A DNA stretch of 64,000 bases. Source: an uncultured bacterium (lineage in GTDB: Bacteria; Patescibacteriota; Saccharimonadia; UBA4664). Where the stretch lies: contig CAVRET010000001.1 in NCBI GenBank assembly GCA_963720265.1, positions 261,916-325,915 of the forward strand, written 5' to 3'. Positions 7,614 to 16,608 of the stretch are shown in pieces (positions within the stretch are counted from its first letter, which is position 1; each line of letters begins with the position of its first letter). The position numbers were made by a program, and so were the translations under genes. The notes beneath the pieces are model-generated. The model saw nothing but the letters and a program-made list of their open reading frames with translations. It made no database searches and was not told where the DNA came from.

Positions 7614-9372
7614 CGGCGATGCCAAAGGCTTTGAGCTTGGCTTTATTGGCGGCGGTGGGCTGTTGCAGCGCCAGGAGTTCGGCGTAGACTCCGTGCCCGA
7701 GTGCTAGCTCGTGCGGTGCGCCCTGTTCGGTGATGCGGCCTTGTTCAAGACTGACAATGGTATCAACCGCGGCAATGGTGGACAAACGGTGGGCAATGAT
7801 GAGCGTGGTGCGGTGCTTCATGAGTTCATTGAGAGCTGCTTGCACCTCATGCTCGGCCTTGGAGTCGAGCGAGCTAGTGGCCTCGTCAAGAATGAGGATC
7901 GGTGCATCTTTGAGCAGAGCACGGGCAATGGCAATACGCTGTTTTTGCCCTCCGGAAAGCTTAATTCCCCGCTCGCCGATTTCGGTGTCATAACCTTTTG
8001 GCAAGCCTTCGATAAACCCTGCGGCATTGGCAGCTCTGGCCACTGCCTTGATTTGCTCGGGTGAGGCATGCGGGGTGCCGTAGGCAATGTTTTCCCGCAC
8101 TGTACCGGAAAATAGGGCCGGCTCCTGGAATACTACCGCGATGTGTTCACGTAGCGATTGTTGGCTGACGCTCGCGATATCGGTGCCATCAATGAGAATG
8201 CGACCGCCGGTGAGATTGTAGAGTCGCATGAGCAGGTTGGTAATAGTGGTTTTACCCTGGCCGCTCTCCCCTACCAGCGCTAGCTTGCTGTCGGGTTTGA
8301 TGGTAAACGAGATGTCGTGTAGCACCTGTTCGCCGCCGGCATAGGCAAAGTCGACGTGCTCAAACTCGATCCGGCCTTTCGTAACACCCAGCGACCCCGC
8401 GTCCGGTGCGTCTTGCACGCTCGGCGTCGTTCCCATGACCCCGAAGAAATCACGGGAGCCGGCCGAGGCGCGCTGAATGTTATCGACCACAAACGAGGCT
8501 GCAAACAGCGGAAATTGAGCCGAAGTGGCGAGCTGAATGAGCAAGGTGAAGTCGCCCAGGGAGTAGCGGCCGTGGAGTGTTTCCAAAATAATGTAGGCAT
8601 AGACGCCGAAGAAAATAACGTTGAGTCCGAGCCGGCGCACCACGTCGTACCAATGCCATTCGACCGATTGCTCCTTCGTTTGTTCCTCGATGAGCCGGCG
8701 CTGGTGGCCAAAGAATCGGCTCTCAACCACCTCGGTCACGTAGGCCTTTACTGCCCGTATGCCGGTAATGCTCTCAATAAAGCGGCCCTGGCTGATGTCG
8801 ATATCACGGTTGATGCCCTCCTGTTTGCTCTGCCAGCCGCGGCTTGAGAGCGCGGTCAGCCAGATATAAAACGGAAATAGTGCGGCCAGCAATAGCGCTA
8901 CAGGCCAGGCGTAAAATGCCAGGATAATGAGCGTGATGGCGGCGGTTAAAAAGAAGCCTACAAAGTTGTTGGCAAAGGCGTTCATGAGGTTAGAAATGGT
9001 CGTGATGCTGCGCTCGAGGCGGCTCGTGATTTTGCCCGTGACCTCGTTGTCGTAGTACTCGAGCGGGAGCTGCAAGATATGATCGTAGTAACGCTGCGAC
9101 AGCAGCGAGTTGAGTTTGGCAGCCAGGCGATCGCCAATGTAGCCTTGAATGTTCGAGAATATTGTGACGGCAATACTTACCACGAACACGATGACCAGCA
9201 GCCACATAAAGTAGCTGGTGGCGCGGTGGGCCTGGATGCCGTCGACCGCGAATTTGAGAACGAACGGCACTACTTGGTTGAGCAGCGACACAATAACGAC
9301 GAGAATCGTGCTCCAGACGTAATACGGCTTGAGCTCCCACGAGTAGCGAATAATTTTAATAATGTCTTTCAT
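7579..9372 (-). CDS. ABC exporter, fused permease/ATPase (MsbA-like)
   Basis: N-terminal 6-TM domain; Walker A GESGQGKTT, signature LSGGQKQRIAIARALL, Walker B ILILDEATSSLD. Confidence 0.85.
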   Translation of the reverse strand: MKDIIKIIRYSWELKPYYVWSTILVVIVSLLNQVVPFVLKFAVDGIQAHRATSYFMWLLVIVFVVSIAVTIFSNIQGYIGDRLAAKLNSLLSQRYYDHILQLPLEYYDNEVTGKITSRLERSITTISNLMNAFANNFVGFFLTAAITLIILAFYAWPVALLLAALFPFYIWLTALSSRGWQSKQEGINRDIDISQGRFIESITGIRAVKAYVTEVVESRFFGHQRRLIEEQTKEQSVEWHWYDVVRRLGLNVIFFGVYAYIILETLHGRYSLGDFTLLIQLATSAQFPLFAASFVVDNIQRASAGSRDFFGVMGTTPSVQDAPDAGSLGVTKGRIEFEHVDFAYAGGEQVLHDISFTIKPDSKLALVGESGQGKTTITNLLMRLYNLTGGRILIDGTDIASVSQQSLREHIAVVFQEPALFSGTVRENIAYGTPHASPEQIKAVARAANAAGFIEGLPKGYDTEIGERGIKLSGGQKQRIAIARALLKDAPILILDEATSSLDSKAEHEVQAALNELMKHRTTLIIAHRLSTIAAVDTIVSLEQGRITEQGAPHELALGHGVYAELLALQQPTAANKAKLKAFGIAVNEPAADPSTL

Positions 9373-9500
9373 AATGTGATTGTCTCGTGATTCTCAGCTC
9401 GCGCCAAGCGGAATGTGATGATTACTAATACTCCGACCAGGACCACACTCCATTGGTGTGGCCCTGGTCGTGTCGTGGGTCGGCCGAGCACGTCAGCGAA

Positions 9501-10067
9501 TTACGGGGCCGACTGCTCAGCGGGTTTGGCGAGCCGGTGCATGATCGCCTCGTCCGAGATGTTCCAGCCCCAGCTGGAGCTGAAACATCTCGGCCCCAGA
9601 CGCTGTATAACGTAGTTCTCGAGCGACGCCATACTCGCGCCACCAGGGCGCCGAAAGAGTATGTCCGGCCCCTCCGACTGATTGCCGCGATATCTTGTAT
9701 GACCGAGAACCAGATTATCGCCGTACCCGTTTCCGCAGCACAGGCCAATGCGTGCATGCAGCTTGACCGTCGAAAGACCAGTCTCCTCCATATAGTTCAC
9801 AGGGTCGGTGCTGAGGCCGCTATGCCTGCCGATTGACACCCGTGCCGAGCCGGCGGGGTTCACGATGTCTGATGTTCCGGGGATCTCGTGCCATCCGCGC
9901 GACAACGTTACGCCGGTCAGCTCGGACAGGATCGGCCGGTAGACGACCGCTCCGATGCCGGTGAGCAACCGTAGGTCTTTCCGGCTGATCCTGCGTTGGT
10001 CGTTGCTGCTGATCACGAGCATGACCGAGCTGAACTTGAGGAATTCTCTTAGCGAAAGCAGCCTCAT
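9501..10067 (-). CDS. Hypothetical protein (weak resemblance to M15-type peptidase motifs)
   Basis: Fills the cysS-ABC gap on the same strand, 188 aa; RHSGLSTD and GHTRYRG weakly recall the SxHxxGxAxD / ExWHxRY motifs of D-Ala-D-Ala carboxypeptidases. Not a confident assignment. Confidence 0.3.
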   Translation of the reverse strand: MRLLSLREFLKFSSVMLVISSNDQRRISRKDLRLLTGIGAVVYRPILSELTGVTLSRGWHEIPGTSDIVNPAGSARVSIGRHSGLSTDPVNYMEETGLSTVKLHARIGLCCGNGYGDNLVLGHTRYRGNQSEGPDILFRRPGGASMASLENYVIQRLGPRCFSSSWGWNISDEAIMHRLAKPAEQSAP

Positions 10068-10164
10068 GAGGTTGCCCTTCCTGGTCGGGTTTTTCAGTTG
10101 CTGTAGTGTCTGGTGCTCGAATGGACTACTAGATTAAACCATTTATTCTGATTAAAGTCAATTT

Positions 10165-11625
10165 TTATGTGATGTAGATTTTTGTGCGGCGCCAACGTGG
10201 CCCCTGTGGGGTATCGTCGATCTCGAGATTGTGACTCGCGAGTTTGGCTCTAAGCTGGTCGGCCCTGGCCCAGTCCTTGGCTTTGCGGGCTGTTTCGCGG
10301 TCGACGATAAGCTGCTTTTGGGCGGAGGTGATATCAGCGCGAATGGCCAGGTCAAGACCAAATAGCTCGTCGAGATATTCGGTTGCATCTTGGATATCAT
10401 TCGACCTAAGATCAACTTCATCAGTTATCTCCAACAACTGCGTCAGAAGTGACATTGCGCCTGGCGTATCGAGATCATCGAACAGCCTGTCCCGGATACC
10501 CCTGCCAATTTCTTCGAGAGTAATGCCAGACGGGTGCTCAGGGCTTGCATATATGGGTTGGTGCTTGAGGTCAGCCCAGGCGTATAAATTGAGCAGGCGG
10601 TTCTGGGCGGCCTCGAGCGATTCCCAAGTGAAATTGATCTCTGTACGGTAGTGGGCCTGGAGGTAGAGCAGGCGCAAGGCAAGCGGATGGAAGCCGCGGT
10701 CAGTAATGTCTTTTAAGGTGTATGAATTGCCTTTGGATTTGGCCATTTTGGCGCCGTCGACGAGGATGAACTCATTATGGATCCAATAATCGGCCAGATT
10801 GTGGCCGAAAGCGGCTTCGGTTTGAGCCATCTCGTTGGGGTGGTGGGTGCCGATGTGGTCGACCCCGCCGGTATGGATATCAATGGGGTCGCCGAGGTTG
10901 GCGTGAATGATGGCAGAGCACTCAAGGTGCCAGCCGGGAAAGCCGTCTCCCCAAGGGGATGCCCAATGCATGGTATGGCCTTCAAAGCGGCCGACAGTGA
11001 AGAACCAGACCGAGAAGTCGTACGGATGCTTTTTGTCCGGGTCGGACACGACATCGGACCTAGCCCCGACTTCTTTGTCGGCTAATTTTTGACCGGTGAG
11101 TTTGCCGTAATCTTCCAGCCTGGTGACGTCGAAATAGATGGCTTGTTCGGTTTGGTAAGCAAAACCTTTATCAACGAGGAGCTTGACCATGTCGATTTGC
11201 TCAGGGATGAAATCCGTGGCGCGGGCATACGAGTCATGATCGTCTTTGTTCTTTTCGCGTTTCGGGTTAACACTCGGCGGCAACACGTTTAGAGCGGACA
11301 TATCGGCTTTGAAGGCATTTGTATAATGCTCTGCGACTTGCCAAACGGTTTTGTCTTCGCGGGCCGCACCTTTTTCAAGCTTGTCTTCGCCTTCGTCGTC
11401 GTCCGAGACGAGATGACCGACGTCGGTGATGTTCATGACGTGTTTGACGGTGTAGCCGGAGGCTTCAAGCGTGCGGCGGAGAGTGTCGTTAAAAACCGCG
11501 TTGCGCAGGTTGCCAATGTGGTAATAGTTGTAAACGGTCGGCCCACAGGTATAGAGCGAAATCTGGTCCGGCTTGATGGGTTTAAATTCTTCAACTTTGC
11601 GGGTAAGAGTGTTGTGTAAGCGCAT
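10165..11625 (-). CDS. cysS: Cysteine--tRNA ligase
   Basis: [15 protein letters not shown] (HIGH), KMAKSKGN (KMSKS), class-I fold, 486 aa. Confidence 0.9.
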   Translation of the reverse strand: MRLHNTLTRKVEEFKPIKPDQISLYTCGPTVYNYYHIGNLRNAVFNDTLRRTLEASGYTVKHVMNITDVGHLVSDDDEGEDKLEKGAAREDKTVWQVAEHYTNAFKADMSALNVLPPSVNPKREKNKDDHDSYARATDFIPEQIDMVKLLVDKGFAYQTEQAIYFDVTRLEDYGKLTGQKLADKEVGARSDVVSDPDKKHPYDFSVWFFTVGRFEGHTMHWASPWGDGFPGWHLECSAIIHANLGDPIDIHTGGVDHIGTHHPNEMAQTEAAFGHNLADYWIHNEFILVDGAKMAKSKGNSYTLKDITDRGFHPLALRLLYLQAHYRTEINFTWESLEAAQNRLLNLYAWADLKHQPIYASPEHPSGITLEEIGRGIRDRLFDDLDTPGAMSLLTQLLEITDEVDLRSNDIQDATEYLDELFGLDLAIRADITSAQKQLIVDRETARKAKDWARADQLRAKLASHNLEIDDTPQGPRWRRTKIYIT

Positions 11626-11654
11626 AGTGAAACTTTAGCACGGGTAGGCAGAAT

Positions 11655-11700
11655 CTGCAGGGCAGGCCGGCCCCACGTGAGAACCGGCCTGCCCTCTGCA
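11655..11700 (-). terminator. Long GC-rich hairpin (ctgcagggcaggccgg...ccggcctgccctctgca) between the small Cys/Pro gene and cysS
   Basis: About 14-bp stem read directly; no clean U-tract. Confidence 0.3.
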
Positions 11701-11712
11701 TTCGTCCGGGGC

Positions 11713-11952
11713 TTAACTGGGCGGGGGAAGGATCGCCGGACGCCTTGGCGGGGGAAGAATGGCCAAAGGTATCGGCGGCGCCAGCAAGAAGCACCTTTGC
11801 GGACCGGTTCCGAAGAGGTGGCCTTCGCATACGTACTCGTCAACCACGTAATCGGTACCGGCGTCCACAAGCACCTCAACGACCTCTACAGCCGGTTCGC
11901 TGCAGTGGGCGCACAATCCCAAGCTGAGCTCGGGGTTGATTGGTTCGGACAT
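11713..11952 (-). CDS. Small hypothetical protein with putative zinc-ribbon (CAHC...CEGH) and proline-rich tail
   Basis: ATG preceded by AGGAGA 6 nt upstream; followed by the hairpin at 11655..11700. Confidence 0.35.
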   Translation of the reverse strand: MSEPINPELSLGLCAHCSEPAVEVVEVLVDAGTDYVVDEYVCEGHLFGTGPQRCFLLAPPIPLAILPPPRRPAILPPPS

Positions 11953-12053
11953 CTTGCTCTCCTGACAGCCGGCAGCCTGGATGGCTGCTTGTACCGTAGG
12001 TATCCAGCCCACAGATAGAAAGTGCAGCCGCGTGGAGAAACAGACGGATTATG

Positions 12054-13049
12054 TCATTTTATGGGTGTATTGTCTAGCAGATATTGACTAAAGGTTTGCT
12101 CCAGGAGTTTAATTTCGGCGCGGATGTTGGGGGTTTTACAGCGATAGGCCGCGGCGTTGGGGTGGCCGCCGCCGCCGAGGATTTCGGCCACTGGGCCGGC
12201 TGCGCCGGTGGTCGAACGCAGCGGCACGTTGATTTTGGTGCCGTAATTCTTGAACACGGCGACAAGCTCGACACCTTTGGTCCATTGGATATCAGAGAGA
12301 ATGAGCGTGTAGGGCTCGGCAATATCTTTGTAGCGGGCGACTGTGTCGGGGTTGATCTCGGCTATGGCGAGGCGGCCGTCGAGGTAGAACTCGACACTTT
12401 GCAGGAGTTTGCCCTTGAGGTGAAGTAAGTCTGGCGTAATGGCGGCAGCTTCGCGACGGAGTTTAGCGAGCTCGTATAGGTTAGCACCACGAGCAGTGAG
12501 CTCGGCGAGTGCCGCCACACTTTTGGCCGTGGTGCCGGAGGTAGTGAGACCGAGTGAGTCGGCGAGAAGCGCTGACGCCAGTTTGGTGGCGGCGCGCTCA
12601 TTGATCGGCCATTTCAGTTTTTGTCCGATGCGGGTGACGAGTTCGGACGTGGCGACCGCTTCATCGACAATTTCTGTGACCGGGAAGCCGAATTCCTGCC
12701 GACTGACATGGTGGTCAATAACGAAGAATGGTTTCGAGGTAAGGGCGGCGGCGTGGTGTTCGAGGGCTGATTTTATGAGTGCAGGCGAGCCGGTGTCTAC
12801 GAGAATAATGAGGTCGAAATCTTTGGGCAAGTCTTGGCTAACCCGGTCCCAGCCTTCAAGAAAATGCAGGTACGGCTCCGGCTTTTTATATGAGTAGAGC
12901 GAGACGGTTTTGCCCAGGTCGCCGAAGATTTCCTCTAAGCCGAGCGCGGTGCCGAGCGAGTCGCCGTCGGGTGCGTCGGGCTGAAGGATGAGAATATGGC
13001 CGGCTGCGGTAACGGCACTACCCAGATCTTTTATTTTGGATGAATTCAT
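12054..13049 (-). CDS. nrnA: DHH-family phosphoesterase (NrnA-like oligoribonuclease / pAp phosphatase)
   Basis: ILILQPDAPDGDSLG, IDHH, GGGH motifs; internal start MNSSKIK chosen to avoid overlap with the upstream GT2. Confidence 0.65.
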   Translation of the reverse strand: MNSSKIKDLGSAVTAAGHILILQPDAPDGDSLGTALGLEEIFGDLGKTVSLYSYKKPEPYLHFLEGWDRVSQDLPKDFDLIILVDTGSPALIKSALEHHAAALTSKPFFVIDHHVSRQEFGFPVTEIVDEAVATSELVTRIGQKLKWPINERAATKLASALLADSLGLTTSGTTAKSVAALAELTARGANLYELAKLRREAAAITPDLLHLKGKLLQSVEFYLDGRLAIAEINPDTVARYKDIAEPYTLILSDIQWTKGVELVAVFKNYGTKINVPLRSTTGAAGPVAEILGGGGHPNAAAYRCKTPNIRAEIKLLEQTFSQYLLDNTPIK

Positions 13050-13056
13050 TGGCTGA

Positions 13057-13920
13057 TTATACCAGTTCTTTTGGCCAGTAATTGGGAAAATGAAAGAGAT
13101 AGTGCGGCGGTAACTTTCCGGCCCGATAATCTCGCTCGAGCTGCCGCCAGCGGTCGGCCTTGGTCGGATACCAGGTTTGGCCCTGCATAAGCGGGTCGTT
13201 TTGATGTTTTTCGTAAATGGCGTCGAGCTTGGCGGCGTTGTCTTTATACGACATGCCGAGGCCAGCAACTAAGCCGTCACTGCCGTAGCGTTGATGGTAG
13301 GTGGCAAGCACTTTGGGTACGTATAGGAACCCATCGGGGTAGTAGTTGCCGAATTGCATCACGAGATCAAGGTCTTCCATGCCGGCTAAGGTTGGATCGA
13401 ATTTAATGGAGTCAGTAATGAGGCGGCGTTTATGCATAAAGCCGTTGACGTCGAAGATCATGCGGCGGTGAAAAATATCCTGGATCGAGAGGGTTGCGGG
13501 GTACTCGTCGGAGCGGTCGATGGTTTCCACGCGTCGGCCATTCAGGTAGAGCCCGTGCGTGTAGTGGACCTGTGGTGCTCCGTAGCTGGCTTCGGGGTGG
13601 TGCCGAAACGCCTTACACATGGTTTCCAGGTACTTAGGCTGCAATTCATTATCGGAATCAAGGTAGGCGACCCACTCGGCTCGCGCGAGCGGCAGTGCGC
13701 GGTTGCGGGCGGCGGACGGCCCCGCGTTGGCCTGGAAATGGTAGCTGATGCGCGGATCGCCGATGTCGGAAATGAGCCCCTCGGTGTCGTCGGTGGAGCC
13801 GTCGTCCATAATGATGAGCTCCCAGTTTGGGACGGTTTGGCGCTGAATACTATCGACCGCATTTTTTATAATGTAGGCACGATTATAGGTGGGCATTATA
13901 AACGAAACGAGTGGCTTCAT
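13057..13920 (-). CDS. Family 2 glycosyltransferase
   Basis: MKPLVSFIMPTYNRA...LIIMDDGSTDDT...YLDSDNE (DxD region). Confidence 0.75.
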   Translation of the reverse strand: MKPLVSFIMPTYNRAYIIKNAVDSIQRQTVPNWELIIMDDGSTDDTEGLISDIGDPRISYHFQANAGPSAARNRALPLARAEWVAYLDSDNELQPKYLETMCKAFRHHPEASYGAPQVHYTHGLYLNGRRVETIDRSDEYPATLSIQDIFHRRMIFDVNGFMHKRRLITDSIKFDPTLAGMEDLDLVMQFGNYYPDGFLYVPKVLATYHQRYGSDGLVAGLGMSYKDNAAKLDAIYEKHQNDPLMQGQTWYPTKADRWRQLERDYRAGKLPPHYLFHFPNYWPKELV

Positions 13921-13941
13921 TGGCGGTATTATAACAATAGT

Positions 13942-14379
13942 ATGGTGCCGCTCGAGATTTTCGTAACATACTTTTCGGCTTATTCCGCACATGCGACCGA
14001 GTATGATGGCGTACTTTATGCGACGGTAGAGCATGCCTATCACTGCCAGCGTTATGAAGATGAAGATATCCGAAGGCAGATCATGGCGGCCAGGAGTCCG
14101 TTTTTGGCCTGGCAAAGGTCACAAACGTATAAGGCACGGCAATTGCCCGCCTTTAATGACCGTAAAGTTGCGGTGATGGAGGCTTTGTGCCGCGCCAAGC
14201 TGGCCCAGCACGACGATGTCCGGCAGGCGTTGCTCGATTCGGGCTCACTTATCATTGTGAAGCACATAACGGCCGGGCCATTGGCGGATGGCTTTTGGGA
14301 CGACGGCGCCGACGGTAGGGGCCGCAATGAGGTTGGTCGAATTTGGATGCGATTGCGAGCGGGCATACCTGGTATCTAG
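13942..14379 (+). CDS. NADAR (DUF1768/YbiA-like) family protein
   Basis: F...YSAH..EYDGVLYATVEHAYHCQRY...LIIVKHITAGPLADGFWDDGADGRGRNEVGRIWMRLR matches the NADAR consensus. Only the 3' 145 codons of track ORF 13432..14379 are taken as real. Confidence 0.6.
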   Translation: MVPLEIFVTYFSAYSAHATEYDGVLYATVEHAYHCQRYEDEDIRRQIMAARSPFLAWQRSQTYKARQLPAFNDRKVAVMEALCRAKLAQHDDVRQALLDSGSLIIVKHITAGPLADGFWDDGADGRGRNEVGRIWMRLRAGIPGI

Positions 14380-14975
14380 AAGCTCTGTCGTCCTTGAAGG
14401 GCGCGGCCGAGAGTAACTTGGTCGGCATATTCGAGGTCACCGCCGACGGGCAGGCCGCGAGCTAGGCGGGTGAGTTTGACGCCGGTGCGTTCGAGCTGGC
14501 CGCGGATATACATGGCCGTGGACTCGCCTTCGAGCGAGGGGTTGGTGGCCAGAATTACTTCGTCTATTCCCCCGTCGCCAACGCGTGCGATGAGGCTGGC
14601 GATTTCGAGCCGGTCGGGGCTAATACCGTCGATTGGTGAAATAACACCGCCGAGGACGTGGTACAGGCCGTGGAACAGGCCAGTTTTTTCAATGGCGACG
14701 ACGTCGAACGGCTCCTCCACTACTGCGATGACTCCCCTCTCGCGATCGGTGGCGGCACACACCGCGCATTCGTCGGACTCGGCGAAATTATGGCAGGTGC
14801 GGCAGGAGCGTACGCCCGCGTGGAGGCCGTCGACGGCAGCGCCGAGCGCTGCGGCCCGAGCCGGCTCGGTTTTGAGTAAATGAAACGCTAGCCGTTCGGC
14901 CGTGCGTGGACCCACACCCGGCAATCTGCCAAGCTCCTCAATAAGTCGCTCCACTGACGACGGGACGATACGCAT
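14376..14975 (-). CDS. recR: Recombination protein RecR
   Basis: HhH LPGVGPRTAERLAFHLL, C4 zinc finger CRTCHNFAESDECAVC, Toprim. Confidence 0.9.
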   Translation of the reverse strand: MRIVPSSVERLIEELGRLPGVGPRTAERLAFHLLKTEPARAAALGAAVDGLHAGVRSCRTCHNFAESDECAVCAATDRERGVIAVVEEPFDVVAIEKTGLFHGLYHVLGGVISPIDGISPDRLEIASLIARVGDGGIDEVILATNPSLEGESTAMYIRGQLERTGVKLTRLARGLPVGGDLEYADQVTLGRALQGRQSF

Positions 14976-15616
14976 TAGACGATTATCTTCTTAACCGCGG
15001 CCAGATCATGCACGATATATGTAGGGTTTAATGCTTTTAGCTCCTGTAAGTCGTAGAATTTCTCGTGCTCCGGCGGATAGACGAGGAGTGAGTCAATACC
15101 CGTATTGTTCGCTGCACCTAAGTCTTTGTCGGAGTCGCCAACTATTATTGCTTCGGTCTTAACCGCGTTCAACTGCTTGAGGGCTAGCTCAATCGGCTCG
15201 GGATGCGGCTTGTGGTGAGTGACATCGTCGGATGCGATGATAACGTCAAATAAATCTCGGATCTCGTTTTTCTCGAGCAAGTGCTCGATGTTGTCATGCG
15301 ACGAGGATGTGAGAAGTGCCGTGTGCTTGTGGTGCTCATGTAAGTACTGGAGTAAATCGAAAGCATGCGGGTAAAGCTCGACGTTTGGGAGAGATTGTTT
15401 GGCAATCTGGTCGACTTCATTATACGTTGCCTGCACGTCTGCTATGCCCAGGTCGGTGAGGTACTGGATAAATGCGCCGAAATTCCTGGCAATTTCGTAA
15501 TCGTTGGGACGCTGATTGTGCTTGACCAGCACAACCCTAACGGCGTTTAGCCAGATATCGAGTGTCTTTGCCAGGTTTCCGTCCCAATCCAGCAGGACGT
15601 AATTATAGGTTTTCAT
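14975..15616 (-). CDS. HAD-IA family hydrolase (phosphatase)
   Basis: LLDWDGNL (motif I DxD), TSSSHDN, VGDSDKD (motif IV). Confidence 0.65.
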   Translation of the reverse strand: MKTYNYVLLDWDGNLAKTLDIWLNAVRVVLVKHNQRPNDYEIARNFGAFIQYLTDLGIADVQATYNEVDQIAKQSLPNVELYPHAFDLLQYLHEHHKHTALLTSSSHDNIEHLLEKNEIRDLFDVIIASDDVTHHKPHPEPIELALKQLNAVKTEAIIVGDSDKDLGAANNTGIDSLLVYPPEHEKFYDLQELKALNPTYIVHDLAAVKKIIV

Positions 15617-16248
15617 GAATGTTCCATAGGTGCATCTAATAAAGATATTTTAGCAGGGCCTGATTCGCTCGTTTCGAATACGCGAAACTCACCCTCTTTA
15701 AGTTTGAGCATTGGGACAGGTTTACCGAATTCCACTAACTCGTGTTCGTATTTGGTCCAGTCGGCTAGTGTGCCATACTCTGACGATTGCCAGTGAGTAA
15801 GAATCTTGTACGGTAACAGTCCAAGACCCTTGTGCACTCCGGAAGCGTCGAGTTCGTGGTAGTACCGGCAGAGCGCATAGGCGCCGGCAGAAGTTCCGGC
15901 CACGGTTTTTCCGGATAAATGTCCAAGCCAGTCGGTACTCTTGGCCAGCGCCGTCATGAGCGGGGCCGTCATGCCCCCCTTTATGTATACAACATCGGCC
16001 CAATCGACCTGAGCACTGAGAGTATTCGCCTCGGCGGCCTGAAGGCTGCACCGTATGTTTGGGACGTGCTGCGTGATAAAAGCCTGGTCTCTGCGTATCG
16101 TTTCATCCCATTGATTGCCACCTCTGGCAAACAGTACTTCAAGGATTTTGACCGGGCTCTGTAGGCCGACTACCAATTCCCGGCAAAAGGCACTGCCTCC
16201 ATCCGGGGCTTTTGACGGATAGCCGCCCGTGAGTATGATCTTTGTCAT
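15613..16248 (-). CDS. Peptidase S51 / class-I glutamine-amidotransferase-like protein
   Basis: GTSAGA nucleophile elbow, IKGG motif; paralog of 50536..51138. Confidence 0.5.
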   Translation of the reverse strand: MTKIILTGGYPSKAPDGGSAFCRELVVGLQSPVKILEVLFARGGNQWDETIRRDQAFITQHVPNIRCSLQAAEANTLSAQVDWADVVYIKGGMTAPLMTALAKSTDWLGHLSGKTVAGTSAGAYALCRYYHELDASGVHKGLGLLPYKILTHWQSSEYGTLADWTKYEHELVEFGKPVPMLKLKEGEFRVFETSESGPAKISLLDAPMEHS

Positions 16249-16266
16249 GATTGGATGCGTGGCAAG

Positions 16267-16554
16267 CTACAATCCCGGCAAACCGAGACTGCCGGAGATA
16301 GCTTTCATCTTTTCGGCGGCAGCTTGCTGGCTCTTGGTGATAGCCTGGGTAATGGCTGACTCGAGCCATTTTTCGAGCTTAGCCGTGCCGGCCTCGCGGA
16401 TCAGGTCCTCGTCGAGCGAAATTTTTTGGATCTTTTGCTCTCCGTTGATACGCACTTTTACAGCGCCGTCTCCGGTTTCTACCTCTATAATCTCTTTGGC
16501 TAGAGCAGATTGGATTTTCTTTAATTCGAACAGGGCTTTACTTTTCTCAAACAC
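16267..16554 (-). CDS. ybaB: Nucleoid-associated protein YbaB/EbfC
   Basis: 95 aa, typical YbaB helix-strand pattern and size. Confidence 0.75.
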   Translation of the reverse strand: MFEKSKALFELKKIQSALAKEIIEVETGDGAVKVRINGEQKIQKISLDEDLIREAGTAKLEKWLESAITQAITKSQQAAAEKMKAISGSLGLPGL

Positions 16555-16608
16555 AGGGTGTCTCCATTTCTCTTATGCTAGAATAATAGCCAGATTAAAG
16601 GCCAATTA

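Noticed and set aside
8280-8847. ORFs 8280..8726 (-) and 8356..8847 (+) inside the ABC transporter
   Set aside because: Alternative-frame and antisense ORFs within a well-supported 597-aa ABC exporter gene.
12054-13268. Track start of the DHH phosphoesterase at 13268 (and of GT2 at 14115)
   Set aside because: Those extended starts overlap the neighbouring upstream genes. The conserved N-termini MNSSK... and MKPLVSF... begin at internal Met codons.
13432-14379. 315-aa plus-strand ORF taken whole
   Set aside because: Its 5' two-thirds is antisense to the GT2 gene; only the 3' 145 codons (NADAR domain with its own ATG) are credible.
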